Shown piece by piece: positions 48,003-60,700 of a DNA stretch of 64,000 bases (position 1 is the first letter of the stretch; the number at the start of each line of letters is the position of its first letter). The stretch covers positions 161,306-225,305 of the forward strand of contig JBFMAF010000032.1 in assembly GCA_040755995.1 (NCBI GenBank), in the 5' to 3' direction. Position numbers and translations under genes: made by a program. The DNA comes from Acidobacteriota bacterium (GTDB lineage Bacteria; Acidobacteriota; CAIWXX01). The notes beneath the pieces are model-generated. The model was not told the DNA's origin, searched no databases, and saw only the letters and a list, made by a program, of their open reading frames with translations.

Positions 48003-51000
48003 ATGAGACGTCCGCTCATTCATGCCGCTTTTCTCGCAGTCTTCATCGCGTGCCTCGCCGGCGGCGCCTATGCAGCCGACGAGGTCCTTTGCTATACGGA
48101 GCGCATCACGGGCGTTCCGTCATTCGACATCTACACGGGCAGGCACGATCCCAACAATCCCATCCTGTGGACCCACACCGTTCCGCCGGGGATTCTCGAC
48201 TCGGTCGTGCGGGTCGGCCTGTTCATCGAGGCCTATGACGTGGACTACCCGGCAAACGACGAGCACGACAGGGTCTACTGGAACGGGCACGATCTCGGAC
48301 TGCTGGAGGGGCTCAACAACCAGTGGGGAACGGTCGAGAAGACGGTGCCTCCGGAGTTCATTATCGAGGGCGTCAACCAGCTGAAGGTGGACGTCGACGA
48401 GCTTGACCACGGGTGGAAAGTCACGATCCGGGCGAGCGAGATCCGGTTCTACTGCTCGACGGCCACACCCGACTTCTCCATCGGTGCGCTCCCCGAATCC
48501 CGCACGGTGACCGCAGGCGACTCGACCGAATACACCGTCTCGCTCACTGCATTGAATCGATTCAACTCCCCGGTCACGCTGGCGGTCTCCGGGCTCCCGA
48601 ACGGGGCCACCGCGGAGTTCGCTCCAAATCCTGTCACTCCCACGGCGGAGTCCACCCTCACGGTGAAGACATCGGAGCAGACTCCTTCGGGCGAGTACAA
48701 GCTGACGATAACCGGCACGAGTGGTGACCTGTCACATTCGACCGATGTCACGCTGATCGTCCGGCCGGCACCGGATTTCACGCTTACCGCAGAGCCCGAA
48801 AGCCAGACGGCGCCGCAAGGGACGACCGTGCAGTACGACGTCGTGATCGAGGCGCTCAACGGTTTCGAGTCATCCGTCGATCTCTCGGTCACCGGTCTGC
48901 CGCCCGGCGCGAATGCCGACTTCGCCGAAGCCCCGATAACACCGCCTGCCACGACGAAGCTCGAGGTCACGACCTCCACTGAGACGCCGGTCGGTGTCTA
49001 CACACTCTCGATCGCGGGCAAGGGAGGCGGCAAGACACACACCGCCGAAGTGACGCTCGAGGTGACCCCCGAGCCCGACTTCGAGATATCGGTTTCGCCC
49101 CCGAGCCAGACGATCATGCGGACGGGGACGGCATCGTACACGGTGACCATCGCCCCGATCGGCGGCTTCGCGCTCCCGGTCGACCTCGCAGCCGGCGGCC
49201 TGCCCGCTGGCGCCGCGCTCGCCTTCTCCATCGACCCTGCGACCGCTCCAGGCGAGAGCATCCTCACAATCACGACGGTCGCGGGAACACCGGTCGGAAC
49301 TTTCACGATTACGATCAACGCAGCGGGTGGAAACAAGCAGCACTCTGCGAGCGTGACACTCGTGATCACGGCCGAGCCCGATTTCTCGATGACAGTGACT
49401 CCGGCAAGCCGGGAGTACGTTGCCGGACTGCCCGCGGTCTACGACGTCTCGCTCCTACCTCTCAACGGTTTCGACTCATCGGTCGAGCTTTCGGTGACAG
49501 GATTGCCCGAGGGTGCCGAGTCCGAGCTCACCAGGAAGCGGGTGACGCCGCCCGGCAAGTCGACTCTCAGCGTAGTCGCGGCGGTCCCGCCACTTGCGGG
49601 GACGTACACCTTGACCGTGGTCGGCGTCGGCGGCGGCAAGTCGCACACGGTTCCTATCGAGCTCATCGTCCCAGAAGAAGCCTGTCCAGGCTTCACCGTC
49701 ATGGCTGTCGCCCAGCCCGCGTCAGGCCCGGCGCCGCTGGAGGTGCGATTCAAGGCGGTGATCACCGAGGATGCTCCGTACGCAGGCGAGTATCGCCATG
49801 CATGGGATTTCGGAGACGGGCAGACCTCGACGGATGCGGCGCCGTCGCATTCGTTCAAAGATCCTGGAACATACAACGTGAGGGTGCGCGTCACCAACGT
49901 GTGCGAAGCTGCCGAGGACGCTTCCGTGGTCGTCGACGCCGGCACGTTCCGGGCGACGATCGGCAAGTTGTTCGAGCCGGCAGAGGCACTTCCCGGCGAT
50001 GAGGTCAAGATGAGAATCGACCTCAAGAACGAAGCCGGGATGGTGTTCAGCGATGTGTCGGTCTGGGACGAGCTTTCGCCGCATCTCGAGTACGTGAGCG
50101 ATACGGCGCCGGTGACGCCCGTCTGGAAAGGGAGGAGGATCGAATGGACCTTCCCCGCCATCCAGAAGAAACAGCGAGTCGTCTTCGACGTGACGCTCAG
50201 GGTCTCCGAGAAGGCGCCGGCCGGAAAGATCGTGAACACAGCTTTCATTGACCATGAGAGCCTGCGATCGCCGATAGCATCCAACCGCGCAACGCTCGAT
50301 GTCTCCAGGATCAAGGCCACGATCCGGAAGAGTGTCGACCGGACGGAGGCGAAGCCGGGAGACAGAATCGTCTATCGAATCGTAGTCAAGAACAGATCCA
50401 CGGTCCCGCTGACCGGGGTGCAGGTGGAGGACGAGCTCAGCCCGTACCTCGACTTTCTGTCTCAGAAGAGCGATCTCACATTTTCGCAGTCGGGCGGGAA
50501 GCTTCTCTGGAAAGGGGCGCTCGACGAGGGCAAGGACGCGGCAATCGAGGTCCACGCGACGATCAAGGAGACGACTTCTTCCGGCGTGCAGATCGTGAAC
50601 AAGTCATCGCTCGCAGCCCGGGAGCTCGTCCAGCGCATAGAGTCGAACGCCGTCGCTACGCTCGTGCAGTCCGAGCCCATCCCGGCAACGCAGGTCGTCT
50701 TCCGGAAAGAGGCCGAGATTCCGCAGGCCGACGTCGGGCACATAATCCGGTTCCGGCTGACCGTCGAGAATCGGTCCAGCTCGGTGCTCCTTGCGCCGCG
50801 CGTCGAGGATTCTCTCCCGCAGGGGTTCTCCTATGTTGCCGGATCGAGCCTGCTCAACGACCGGCATTTCGCCGATCCCGACGGCACCAGAACGATCACC
50901 TGGTCGCTGCCCGGCATCGCGCCGCGCCAGACGATGACGCTGCGCTTCGAGATCGTCATCGGCGCCGACGCGCGCCGCGGCAAGAACGTCAACCGCGCGG

Positions 51001-51695
51001 TCCTGCGAACGACCGACACGTCGGGGCAGACGATCGTACTGCAGGCGGAGGACTTCGTGAACGTCTCGGCGTCGAGCTTCACGTTTTACAGCGGGGTCGA
51101 AGGAACGGTCTTCCTCGATCGCGACGAAGACGATCTGCTCACGCCGAGCGACACGCCTCTTGACGGAATCGAGGTGCGGATGTCGAGCGGCCAGCAGAGC
51201 TACACCGACACGGCCGGCCGCTACTCGTTCGAGGGTCTCTTCCCGGGCGACTACGCGGTCGGCGTGAACCGTGCCACGCTTCCCGAGAAGTACACCCTCT
51301 CAGATCCGCTCCCCAGGGTCGTCGTCCTGATGGACGGGCTCACGGAGACAGTCGACTTCCCTGTCCGGTTCTCCGGCGATGATACGGAATCGGCGCGCCT
51401 CGAGGGGCGCGTCTTCTTCGATGTCAATCTGAACCAGGCGTGGGACGACGGCGAGCCGCTTGTGGGCGAGTTCAAGGCCGGCCTGGACGGCACGATAGTT
51501 ACCGGCGGCCGCGACGGCGTCTTCGTCATGACTCATCTCCAGCCGGGACCCCACACGCTGGAGATCTCCTACGAGTCAGGATCAAGGGTGCTGGCGCGGG
51601 AGATCCAGCTGAGCAAGGGCGACAACAAGATCGACATACCGCTGCGGTTCACGGGCATCAAGGTTGTCATCGACACGGACCGGCAGAGGCCTTAG
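48003..51695 (+). CDS. Secreted Ig-like repeat protein with PKD, DUF11 and SdrD-B-like domains
   Basis: Four PDF...V.GLP.G Ig-like repeats, WDFGDG (PKD), three DUF11-like units, GTVFLDRDED and GRVFFDVNLN SdrD-B-like motifs. Confidence 0.85.
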   Translation: MRRPLIHAAFLAVFIACLAGGAYAADEVLCYTERITGVPSFDIYTGRHDPNNPILWTHTVPPGILDSVVRVGLFIEAYDVDYPANDEHDRVYWNGHDLGLLEGLNNQWGTVEKTVPPEFIIEGVNQLKVDVDELDHGWKVTIRASEIRFYCSTATPDFSIGALPESRTVTAGDSTEYTVSLTALNRFNSPVTLAVSGLPNGATAEFAPNPVTPTAESTLTVKTSEQTPSGEYKLTITGTSGDLSHSTDVTLIVRPAPDFTLTAEPESQTAPQGTTVQYDVVIEALNGFESSVDLSVTGLPPGANADFAEAPITPPATTKLEVTTSTETPVGVYTLSIAGKGGGKTHTAEVTLEVTPEPDFEISVSPPSQTIMRTGTASYTVTIAPIGGFALPVDLAAGGLPAGAALAFSIDPATAPGESILTITTVAGTPVGTFTITINAAGGNKQHSASVTLVITAEPDFSMTVTPASREYVAGLPAVYDVSLLPLNGFDSSVELSVTGLPEGAESELTRKRVTPPGKSTLSVVAAVPPLAGTYTLTVVGVGGGKSHTVPIELIVPEEACPGFTVMAVAQPASGPAPLEVRFKAVITEDAPYAGEYRHAWDFGDGQTSTDAAPSHSFKDPGTYNVRVRVTNVCEAAEDASVVVDAGTFRATIGKLFEPAEALPGDEVKMRIDLKNEAGMVFSDVSVWDELSPHLEYVSDTAPVTPVWKGRRIEWTFPAIQKKQRVVFDVTLRVSEKAPAGKIVNTAFIDHESLRSPIASNRATLDVSRIKATIRKSVDRTEAKPGDRIVYRIVVKNRSTVPLTGVQVEDELSPYLDFLSQKSDLTFSQSGGKLLWKGALDEGKDAAIEVHATIKETTSSGVQIVNKSSLAARELVQRIESNAVATLVQSEPIPATQVVFRKEAEIPQADVGHIIRFRLTVENRSSSVLLAPRVEDSLPQGFSYVAGSSLLNDRHFADPDGTRTITWSLPGIAPRQTMTLRFEIVIGADARRGKNVNRAVLRTTDTSGQTIVLQAEDFVNVSASSFTFYSGVEGTVFLDRDEDDLLTPSDTPLDGIEVRMSSGQQSYTDTAGRYSFEGLFPGDYAVGVNRATLPEKYTLSDPLPRVVVLMDGLTETVDFPVRFSGDDTESARLEGRVFFDVNLNQAWDDGEPLVGEFKAGLDGTIVTGGRDGVFVMTHLQPGPHTLEISYESGSRVLAREIQLSKGDNKIDIPLRFTGIKVVIDTDRQRP

Positions 51696-51764
51696 ACCAT
51701 GCAAGAGAGAGAAAGAATCCGCGTGTTGGTTCCATCCGCTGTCTTTCGGGGAGGGCGTCCGGCG

Positions 51765-54700
51765 ATGATCTCAAGAAAACCCGCACTGATCCTTGCATGC
51801 CTCCTTGGGCTCACCCGCATTCTGCCCGCGCAGGGCGTGAGTGTCGGAGGTGACAGTACGATCAACAAGTGCGAAACCAAGGCGTACTACATCGAGATCC
51901 AGAACAACTCGGGCAATCCGCTCACCAGCATCGTCGTGACTGCCCGCCTTGGGAACCTCACCGGTTTCTCCTACGTGAACGGCACATCCATTCTGCAGAT
52001 CAACGGCGGCCCGGCCTTCTGCACCGTCGATCCGACGCCCTCCGGCACCAACATCGTCTGGGACATCGACACGGACTGCGGAGGCGGCCCCTACACTCTG
52101 AACAACGGCGACAGCCTTCGGGTGACGTTCGGCCTCGCAACCGACTGCACCGCCGTATCGGGCTCGCTCAACTCGCGAATCGACTACGAGATCTCGGGCA
52201 CGCCGATGTTCGACGAGACCGGTGTTCACAGCATACAGGTGCTGCCGGGCGGCGTGACGATCAAGAAGACGCCGAACGTCATTCCTCAGCGAGTCGGCCA
52301 GAACGTCACGTGGACGTTGACCGTCGAGAACTCGGGCCTCGGCATGATCGAAAACGTCGAGGTCACCGACGTGCTCGGCGCCGGCCTGCTCTACGTCTCG
52401 TCCAATCCCGCGGGCGTCAACGCGGCGCAGACGACGATGTGGAGCTCCACCGAGATACCCGGATTCGCATCGATGACGCCCGGGGAGACGATCACAATCG
52501 ACATCACGGCCACGGTCATTGCCTGCGAGAACCTGGACAACACGGCCGACGTGCGTTGGGGCTGCAGCTCCAGCGAGATCTGCTTCGACACCGCCACCGA
52601 CGGCGGAACGGCGACGGCTTCTGTGCAGCGGATCCCGCAGACGCCGAACCTCAGCTTCACACCGCCCGACATCACCTTCACATATTGCGAGAACACCAGC
52701 GCCGACAGCGTTACGATCACCAACGTCGGAGACGGTGTCGCCTACGACGTGCGCCTGTGCGTCGATTTCAGCCCGCTGACGGTCGTCGGCTCCTCGGCTC
52801 CGTACAACATAGGCTGCTTCGAGATCCCGGATATCCCGGCGGGCGGGAGCTACGTCCTGGATTTCACGCTCGGGTACTCGACCTGGTGCGGCGGCGCCAC
52901 GATCGCCAAGACGCTGATCTGGATACCCACCTACGCCGACGAATGCGGTAACGCCTTCTACCCGCCGATTGCGATCAGTTCGGTAAACTCCGTGGCCGAC
53001 CAGCCCAGCCTGTCCGTGACGAAGACCGGCGGGCCCGCCGAGATCCAGATAGGCGCCCAGGTGACATACACCATCACCTCGGCGTACGCGGGCCCGCTGA
53101 GCTGCGGGACCGGCGGCTCGGTCGGTATCGTGACCGTTGTCGACACGGTTCCGAACGGATTCACGGTTGTGGATGCGGGCGGCGGCACGTGGGTGCCCGG
53201 AGGGGGAGGGACCGGCGGGACGATCACATGGACTTACATGCCCCCGGCGTCGCTCTCGACGTCGATCACACTACAGGCGCCGGATGTCACCCAGTGCGAG
53301 ACTTACTGCTTCACGACGTTCACCAACTCCGTCACAGCCACCGTGGTCGACTGCTGCGGCTGCACGCTGAACGCATCGGCCTCACAGACGACGGCCATCG
53401 AGTGCGAGGAGCAGGTCGACTCGAACAAGACGGCCAACCCGGCCACGGTCGAACGCTGCGACGAAGTCCAGTACACCAACACCTACGACTTCTCTGCCGG
53501 GGCGACGATGAATCTGAACACGCTCGTGTTCGAGGAGCATGCCGAGAACCAGCAGGATTACGTCCCGGGTTCGCTGTCGGTCGTCTTCGACGGGAGCGAC
53601 ATCACAGGCTGTGTGAGCATCACCGACGCCACTCCGGGCGGCTACCTGCTGCTGGACTTCTCCGGGTGCGCGGCGAGCGCCGTGGCGGGGCGCAATCTGA
53701 CTATCGTCTACCGGCTCGCCATTACGGAGGCGACGGTGGGAGCGTGCAGCGGGACGAGCTTCTACAGCTGGTCAGGCTTGGACATCGGCACGTCAGGCAA
53801 CCAGTGCCTGCAGGACGGCGTGATCTATGAGACGACGGTTGTCAACGTGGAAGCGCCGGCGATGTCGGTCGCGCTCAGCGGGCTCGACGCGATCATCGAC
53901 AAGTGCAAGACCGAGTCGGTCACGCTCACGCTGAGCCAGACATCCGCTGTCGCCAATCCCCGCGACGTCCGGCTCGTGCTCTCCGGGCTGAACTACTATA
54001 TCGTCAATCCAGCCGCGGTCATTTGCAGCGGCGCGGTCGCTCCCACCTCATGCACTCCAGCCATCGTAGGCGACGACTACGTCTGGTACTTCGCAGACGG
54101 CTTCACGGGCTCGGGACAGTCTGCCACACTCCAGATGGACGTCCAGAAGCGGTGCACGGGCGGCGGCGATCTGACGGCGACAGCCTACTTCGACGACCAG
54201 TGCAACGACGACGCCACCTACGACGACATGTGCTCGGTGTCGGGCACCGATTCGCCGCTGGTCCTGCTGAGCGGAGACCTGCTGATCGAGAAGACCCCCG
54301 AGGTCTACTACGCGGCCACGAACACGATCGTGTGGAAAATCTATCTCACGAACCGCGGGACCGGTGTCGCCTACAACGTCTGGGTGGATGACGTGCTCGG
54401 CTCGGGACTCGATTACGTCAGTGCGGTCGTCGACAACATGACCGGTGTGACGATCACGGCCGACCAGGATCACAATGGGGGCGCGATCAACGGGGCGACG
54501 ATTTCGATCGCCCAGATTACGGCCGGCGCCCGGCGCGAGATCACCTTCACGGCGCTCCTCATCGACTGCGACAACCTCACCAACGACGTCACCTCGTCCT
54601 GGGGCTGCGGCGGCCTGGATTGCCAGACGGCCGTTAGCGACAGCTCCACGGTCGAAATCCCGGCGCCGCTCCTTGTGAACACCAACGTCGTCACGACACC

Positions 54701-57700
54701 CGCCGACTCCTGCTCGAGCCCCAGCGGCATGATCACCGTGAAGAACGCAGGGCAGACCACCACCTACAACGTCCAGCTCACGGAAACCCTCCCGGCGGGG
54801 CTCCTCTACGTATCGGGTACGACCCGTTGGCGGCTCAACGGCGGCGCCTGGAACGGCCCGGATCCCGCATACGACCCCGATCCGACCACCTCGCCTATCC
54901 TGTGGACGCCGGCGGAGATCCCCGGGCTGGCCGAGCTCGACGCCGGCGACACGGTCGAGATCGACTACGACCTGCTGGCATCCTGTCTTTTCACCGGCGG
55001 GAACACCGTGCTCTCCACATCCTACGAGAACCCCTGCGGCCAGGTCTTCACGAACGCGGACAGCGTCTTCACCGTCGCGCTTCGCGCGCCGCAGATCACG
55101 GTCACCAAGACCCGCGTCGACGAGCCGATCGATTGCGGGCAACTGGTCGAATGGACCATCACGGTCCAGAACACCAGCGGCTACACGCTGCCGATCATCT
55201 GGGTTGAAGACACGATGGACGCCGCGTACACATACAGCTCGTCGGTCGGCGACCCGCCGTTCACGTCGGACGACGGCACCTTCGACGGCGTCAACACAGT
55301 GGCGTGGGAGCTGCTGAACGTCAATCACAACGATACGGTCACGCTGATTCTGCGCGCTACATCGGATTCGTCGCCCTGCAGCCCCGACCTGGACAACACC
55401 GTCCTGGCCTGGTGGGGGTGCGGCGCCGCCGACGGATCGTCGGCGACCAAGCCGGGCGCGGATCCGCCTGACGACAACCTCTGCCTCACTTCGACCTCCG
55501 TCAGCGCGGTGCGCACCGAGACGCGCGAGCCCGATCTGGCCGTCCTGAGCGTGCAAATGACTCCTTCCGATATCGACTCCTGCAATGACTCGACAACGGT
55601 GAGGATCGTCATCGAGAACTCCGGGCCGACCGATGCCAGCGACCTCGACCTCGTGACGACACTCCCCGCCGGCCTGTCCTACAACGCCGGCAGCTCTCAG
55701 ACGTGCATCGGCACGGACGACACTTGCGCGCTCGCCCCTGTCCTCGATCCTGCCCCCGCGGGGAGTCAGCTCACATATTACAACTTGGGTGACAAGAGCA
55801 GCGATATCGCGAACGTCCTCCAGGCCGCCGGCGGCAACGACACGCTCGTCCTGGAGCTCGACCTCAGGTCGAACTGCTACACAACGGCCAACATGGGCAT
55901 TCGCCTCTACTACTACGACTGCTGCGGCGATACGCAGTACAACACGAACCTCAACCAGACCATCACCGCCGTGCAGCCATCGCTCACCATCACCAAGACC
56001 CCGCTCACGTCCCAGGTGGACTGCGGCGATCCTCAGACCTGGACCATCACAGTCACTAACACAGGAACCGGGAATGCGCAGGTGATCCGCGTCGAAGATA
56101 CCCCGGGAGACTGGATCGACGTGAACATCGGTGCCTCATCGCCGGGCCTCTACGACATGGGCGGCGGTGTATATGGATGGGAGTTCAACAACCTGGCCGG
56201 CGGCGCCAGCCAGTCGTTCAGTCTCGTCGGAGCCCTCAACCCTGACGGCTTCCCCAACCAGGCCGACTGCGCGGCCGCACTGAGGCAGAATGTGGCGGCC
56301 ACGGTCTGGGGCTGCGGCACCAGCGGTGACGCCACCGACGGCGACCCGAGAACTCAGGGCTACGACTGCACGTACGGGACGGCGACATCGGCCACGGCGA
56401 CGCTGCAGATGCCCGACCTGGTCATGGATTCCATATCGCCGTCGATCTCCTGCACGAGCGACGGGACGTTTTCGGGCAGCATCTCCGTCACGGTCCGCAA
56501 CTCGGGCGACGGCATCGCTTACGGCCCGTTCACGGTCCAGGTCACCGACGGAACCGGCTGGACGGGCACGGGGACGTACGCCGGGAACCTCGGCTCCGGT
56601 TCCTCGGCAAACGTAACGATCGACACCAGCACCTGGAACCCGGACTGCTCCCCCTGCACCTACAACATCACCGCCACTGCCGATAGCGCTGCGGACGTGT
56701 GCGAATGCAACGAAGCCAACAACTCGCTCGGGCCGCAGGCCTACACGCCCTCGGTCCCGGACGTGCAGGTGGACGGCGACACCCTCGCCATGACCTGTGT
56801 AGTCGACGGGCAGTACCGCATCTCGGGCCAGGTGACGCTGCGGAACGCCGGCTGTGCCGGCACTCTGACTCAGAACGTGCCGATGCGGTTCACGTTGCAC
56901 AGTGGCGCCGGCTGCACCGGTGCGCAGGTCGCCCAGTGGACCGAAACCTTCACAGGGGTCAGCATCGCCGCCGGCGCGACTCAGGCCTTCACGATCACTA
57001 ACTACACGATCACCGGCAATGCATGCACGAGCGCCACGGCATGCGAGATGTCCGTCCTTGCCGAGGCGGATTACACGAACGCGATCTGCGAGAGCGACGG
57101 CACGAACAACACGCGGTGCAGCGACAAGACCTTCACCATACCCGACCTGCGTGTGGACAGCGACACGCTGGCCATCTCCTGCTCGGCCGACGGCCAGATC
57201 CGCATCCAGGGCAACCTGGTCATCGCCAACGACGGCTGCGGGGCCAATCTCGTCACCAACATTCCGATCCGCATCCGTGTGTACAACAGCGACGCCGCGT
57301 GCAGTGGAGCCAACGGGGTGATCACGTTCACCCAGGCCGGCGTCAACATCCCGGCGGGCGGAACACAAGCCTTCGCCATCAACAGAACGCTGAACCGCAA
57401 CCTGTGCACCAACTCGACAGGTTGTCAGGTGGCTGTCGGCGTCGAGCTCGACTACACCGACGTCATCTGCGAGTGCACCAACACGAACAACAATTACTGC
57501 TCCCCCAACAAGACGGTCTCCATTCCGGATCTGCAGGTGACCGGCGACACGCTGGCGGTCTCATGTCTGCAGGATGGGCAGGTTCGCGTGTCCGGGGACG
57601 TGACAGTGGCCAACACCGGCTGCAACGCAGCCGTGGCCGGAAACCTGCCCGTCCGGTTCACGCTCTTCTCCAACATTAACTGCGGCGGCGCTCAGCTCGC

Positions 57701-60700
57701 CCAGTGGACCGAGACCTTCGCAGGCGCGAACATCGCAGCCGGTGCCAGCCAGGTGTTCACCATCACCAACCGCGACATCATCACCAACATCTGTGCCAAC
57801 TCGACCGGCTGCCAGGTGTCGCTGCGGATCGAGGCGGATCCGGCGCCGAGCACAATCTGCGAGTGCAACGGCGGGAACAACTCGCGCTGTGCCAACAAGA
57901 ACGTGAGCGTGCCCGACCTGCGGATCACTGCCCTAACGCCGCTCGTCAGCTGCGCCTCCGACGGCAGCCTCAGCGGCACCGTGCAGGTGACGGTCAACAA
58001 CAACGGATGCGGCGCCGCCAACAACGTGCCAGTCCGGCTCGTTTCCGACTGCGGCTACACGTTCACCGACCAGACGGTCGTCGCCCTCGCCGCCGGCGCT
58101 TCCACAACACTGACCTTCGCATTCACACCGGATATCTCGCGCTGCACATGTGCATTCACCGCGACGGCAGATCCTGACAACGTCGTATGCGAGTGCGACG
58201 GTACCGACAACAGCCTGGCCTCCGCGCCCTACACGTCACCAGTCCCCGACCTGACGATCACCGATATCGACTTCAGCGGGATCATATGCGCAAACGACAA
58301 CGTCTCTGGCAGCGTGTCCGTGACGGTGCGCAACGAGGGCTGTGGGACGGCCGGCAACTTCCAGGTCGCCCTCGCGACCGACGGCTGCCTGAGCTTCTCG
58401 AACCAGGTCGTCGGCTCGCTTGCCGCCGGCGCGTCGACTACGCTGACGTTCAACGTGAGCGGGTCGTGGGCCGACTGCGCCGACGGCTCGTGCGACTTCA
58501 CGGCCACGGCCGACTCCACGGGCACCGTGTGCGAATACGACGGCACGAACAACAACCGCACCGAGACTTACTCATTGTCGCTGCCCGACCTGGTCGTAAG
58601 CGATATCGATTTCAGTGGCATCGGCTGCGCCAATGACAACATCTCCGGCAGCGTCTCGGTCACGGTCGAGAACCGGGGGTCCGGCGCGGCCAACAACTTC
58701 CAGGTCGCCCTGGCGACCGACGGCTGCCTGACCTTCACCAACCAGACCGTGGCCGCGCTCGCGGCCGGCGCCTCGACGACGGTCACGTTCAACGTGAGCG
58801 GCTCGTGGCCGGACTGCACGGATTGCAGCTGCGACTTCACGGCCACCGTGGATCCCACTAACGCCGTCTGCGAGTGCGACGGGACGAACAACAGTCGCAC
58901 GGAGACTTACAGCTTCGATCTGCCCGACCTGACGGTGAACAGTGTGACGCCGCAGGCGAGCTGCACCAGTGACGGCAGTCTCAGCGGTACCGTGACCGTC
59001 AACGTCTCCAACATCGGCTGCGGCGCCGCTAACAGCGTAGTCGTGCGGCTGACGTCCGACTGCGGCCACACCTTCAGCGACCAGACGATCAACCTGGCCG
59101 CTGGCGCCGGCACCAACGTGGTCTTCAACTACACGCCGACCGGCACGGCCTGCACGTGCACATTCGCCGCTGCGATCGACCCGGATAACGCGATCTGCGA
59201 GTGCAACGGGACCAACAACTCCGCATCGGCGGCTCCATACACGCACACCACCCCGGATCTGACAGTGACCGACATCGACTTCAGCGGGATCACCTGCGCG
59301 GCCGACAACGTCGCCGGCAGCGTCTCGGTCACGATTGCCAACCAGGGCTGCGGCACCGCCGCCAACTTCGAGGTCTCTCTCGGCACCGACGGCTGCCTGA
59401 CGTTCTCGAATCAGGCCGTGGGTTCGCTGGCGGCCGGCGCGTCGACGACGCTGACCTTCAACGTGAGCGGGTCGTGGGCCGACTGCGCCGATGGCTCGTG
59501 CGACTTCACGGCCACCGTGGATGCGACCGGCGTAGTCTGCGAGCTAGACGGCGGGAACAACGCCCGCACCGAAACGTACTCGTCCACGATGCCTGACCTC
59601 GTGGTCAACGACATCGACTTCAGCGGAATCGCGTGCACCAACGACAGCATCTCCGGCAGCGTCTCCGTTACGATCCAGAATCGCGGCTTCGGCCCTGCGA
59701 ACAATTTCGAAGTCGCGCTAGCGACCGACGGTTGCCTCACGTTCACGAGCCAGACCATCAGCCTGGCGGCGGGCGCCACAACGACGCTCACGTTTCCCGT
59801 GAGCGGCAGCTGGAACGGATGCAGCGATTGCGACTGCGTGTTCACGGCCAGCGTGGATCCCACCAACGTTGTCTGCGAGTGCGACGGAACGAACAACACG
59901 CGCACGGAGACCCACACCTCCAACCTGCCGAACCTCGTAGTCAGCGCCGTTGCCACAAACGTCATCTGTCTTGCGGACGGCTCCGCCACAGGGACCAACG
60001 TCACAGTCGCCAACACCGGCTGCGCCGGCGCGAGCAACGTGGTCGTGCGACTCTTCTCCGATTGCGGCCTCACGTTCGCCGATCGGGTCGTCAACCTGGC
60101 CGCAGGCGAGACGCGGGATGTGATCTTCTTGTTCACACCGGGGATTGTGAGCTGCACGTGCAACTTCACGGCGACAATCGACCCGGACAACACGATCTGC
60201 GAGTGTGACGGCACTGACAACACCCTTTCGGGCGCGGCCGCCATGGAGATTCCGGATATCGAAGTCCAGACCGAGGCGATCACGGTCGCGTGCGCCGGCG
60301 ACGGGCAGTACGAGGTCTCGGGCACGGTCAGCCTGGTCAACAACGGCTGCGGCCCGGCGCTGACCGCGAACATCCCCATCAGAATGACTCTGTTCGGCGG
60401 TAGCGGCTGCACCGGCACGGTCCTCGCGCAGTGGACCGAGACGCTCACATCCGTGAACACGCCGTCGGCGGGTGGAACGCAATCCTTCACGATCACACCT
60501 AGCGTCTTCTCTGGCGATTTCTGCGCGGGCTCGTCCAACTGCGGCGTGTCGCTCCTGATCGAGGCTGACTACAACGAGAGCATCTGCGAGTGGGACGGCA
60601 CCGACAATACGCTCTGTGTCGAGAAGACTATCTCGGTGCCTGACGTAGCGTTGACGAGCCTCGTGCCGTCGATCGCTTGCAACACCGACGGTGACGTGAG

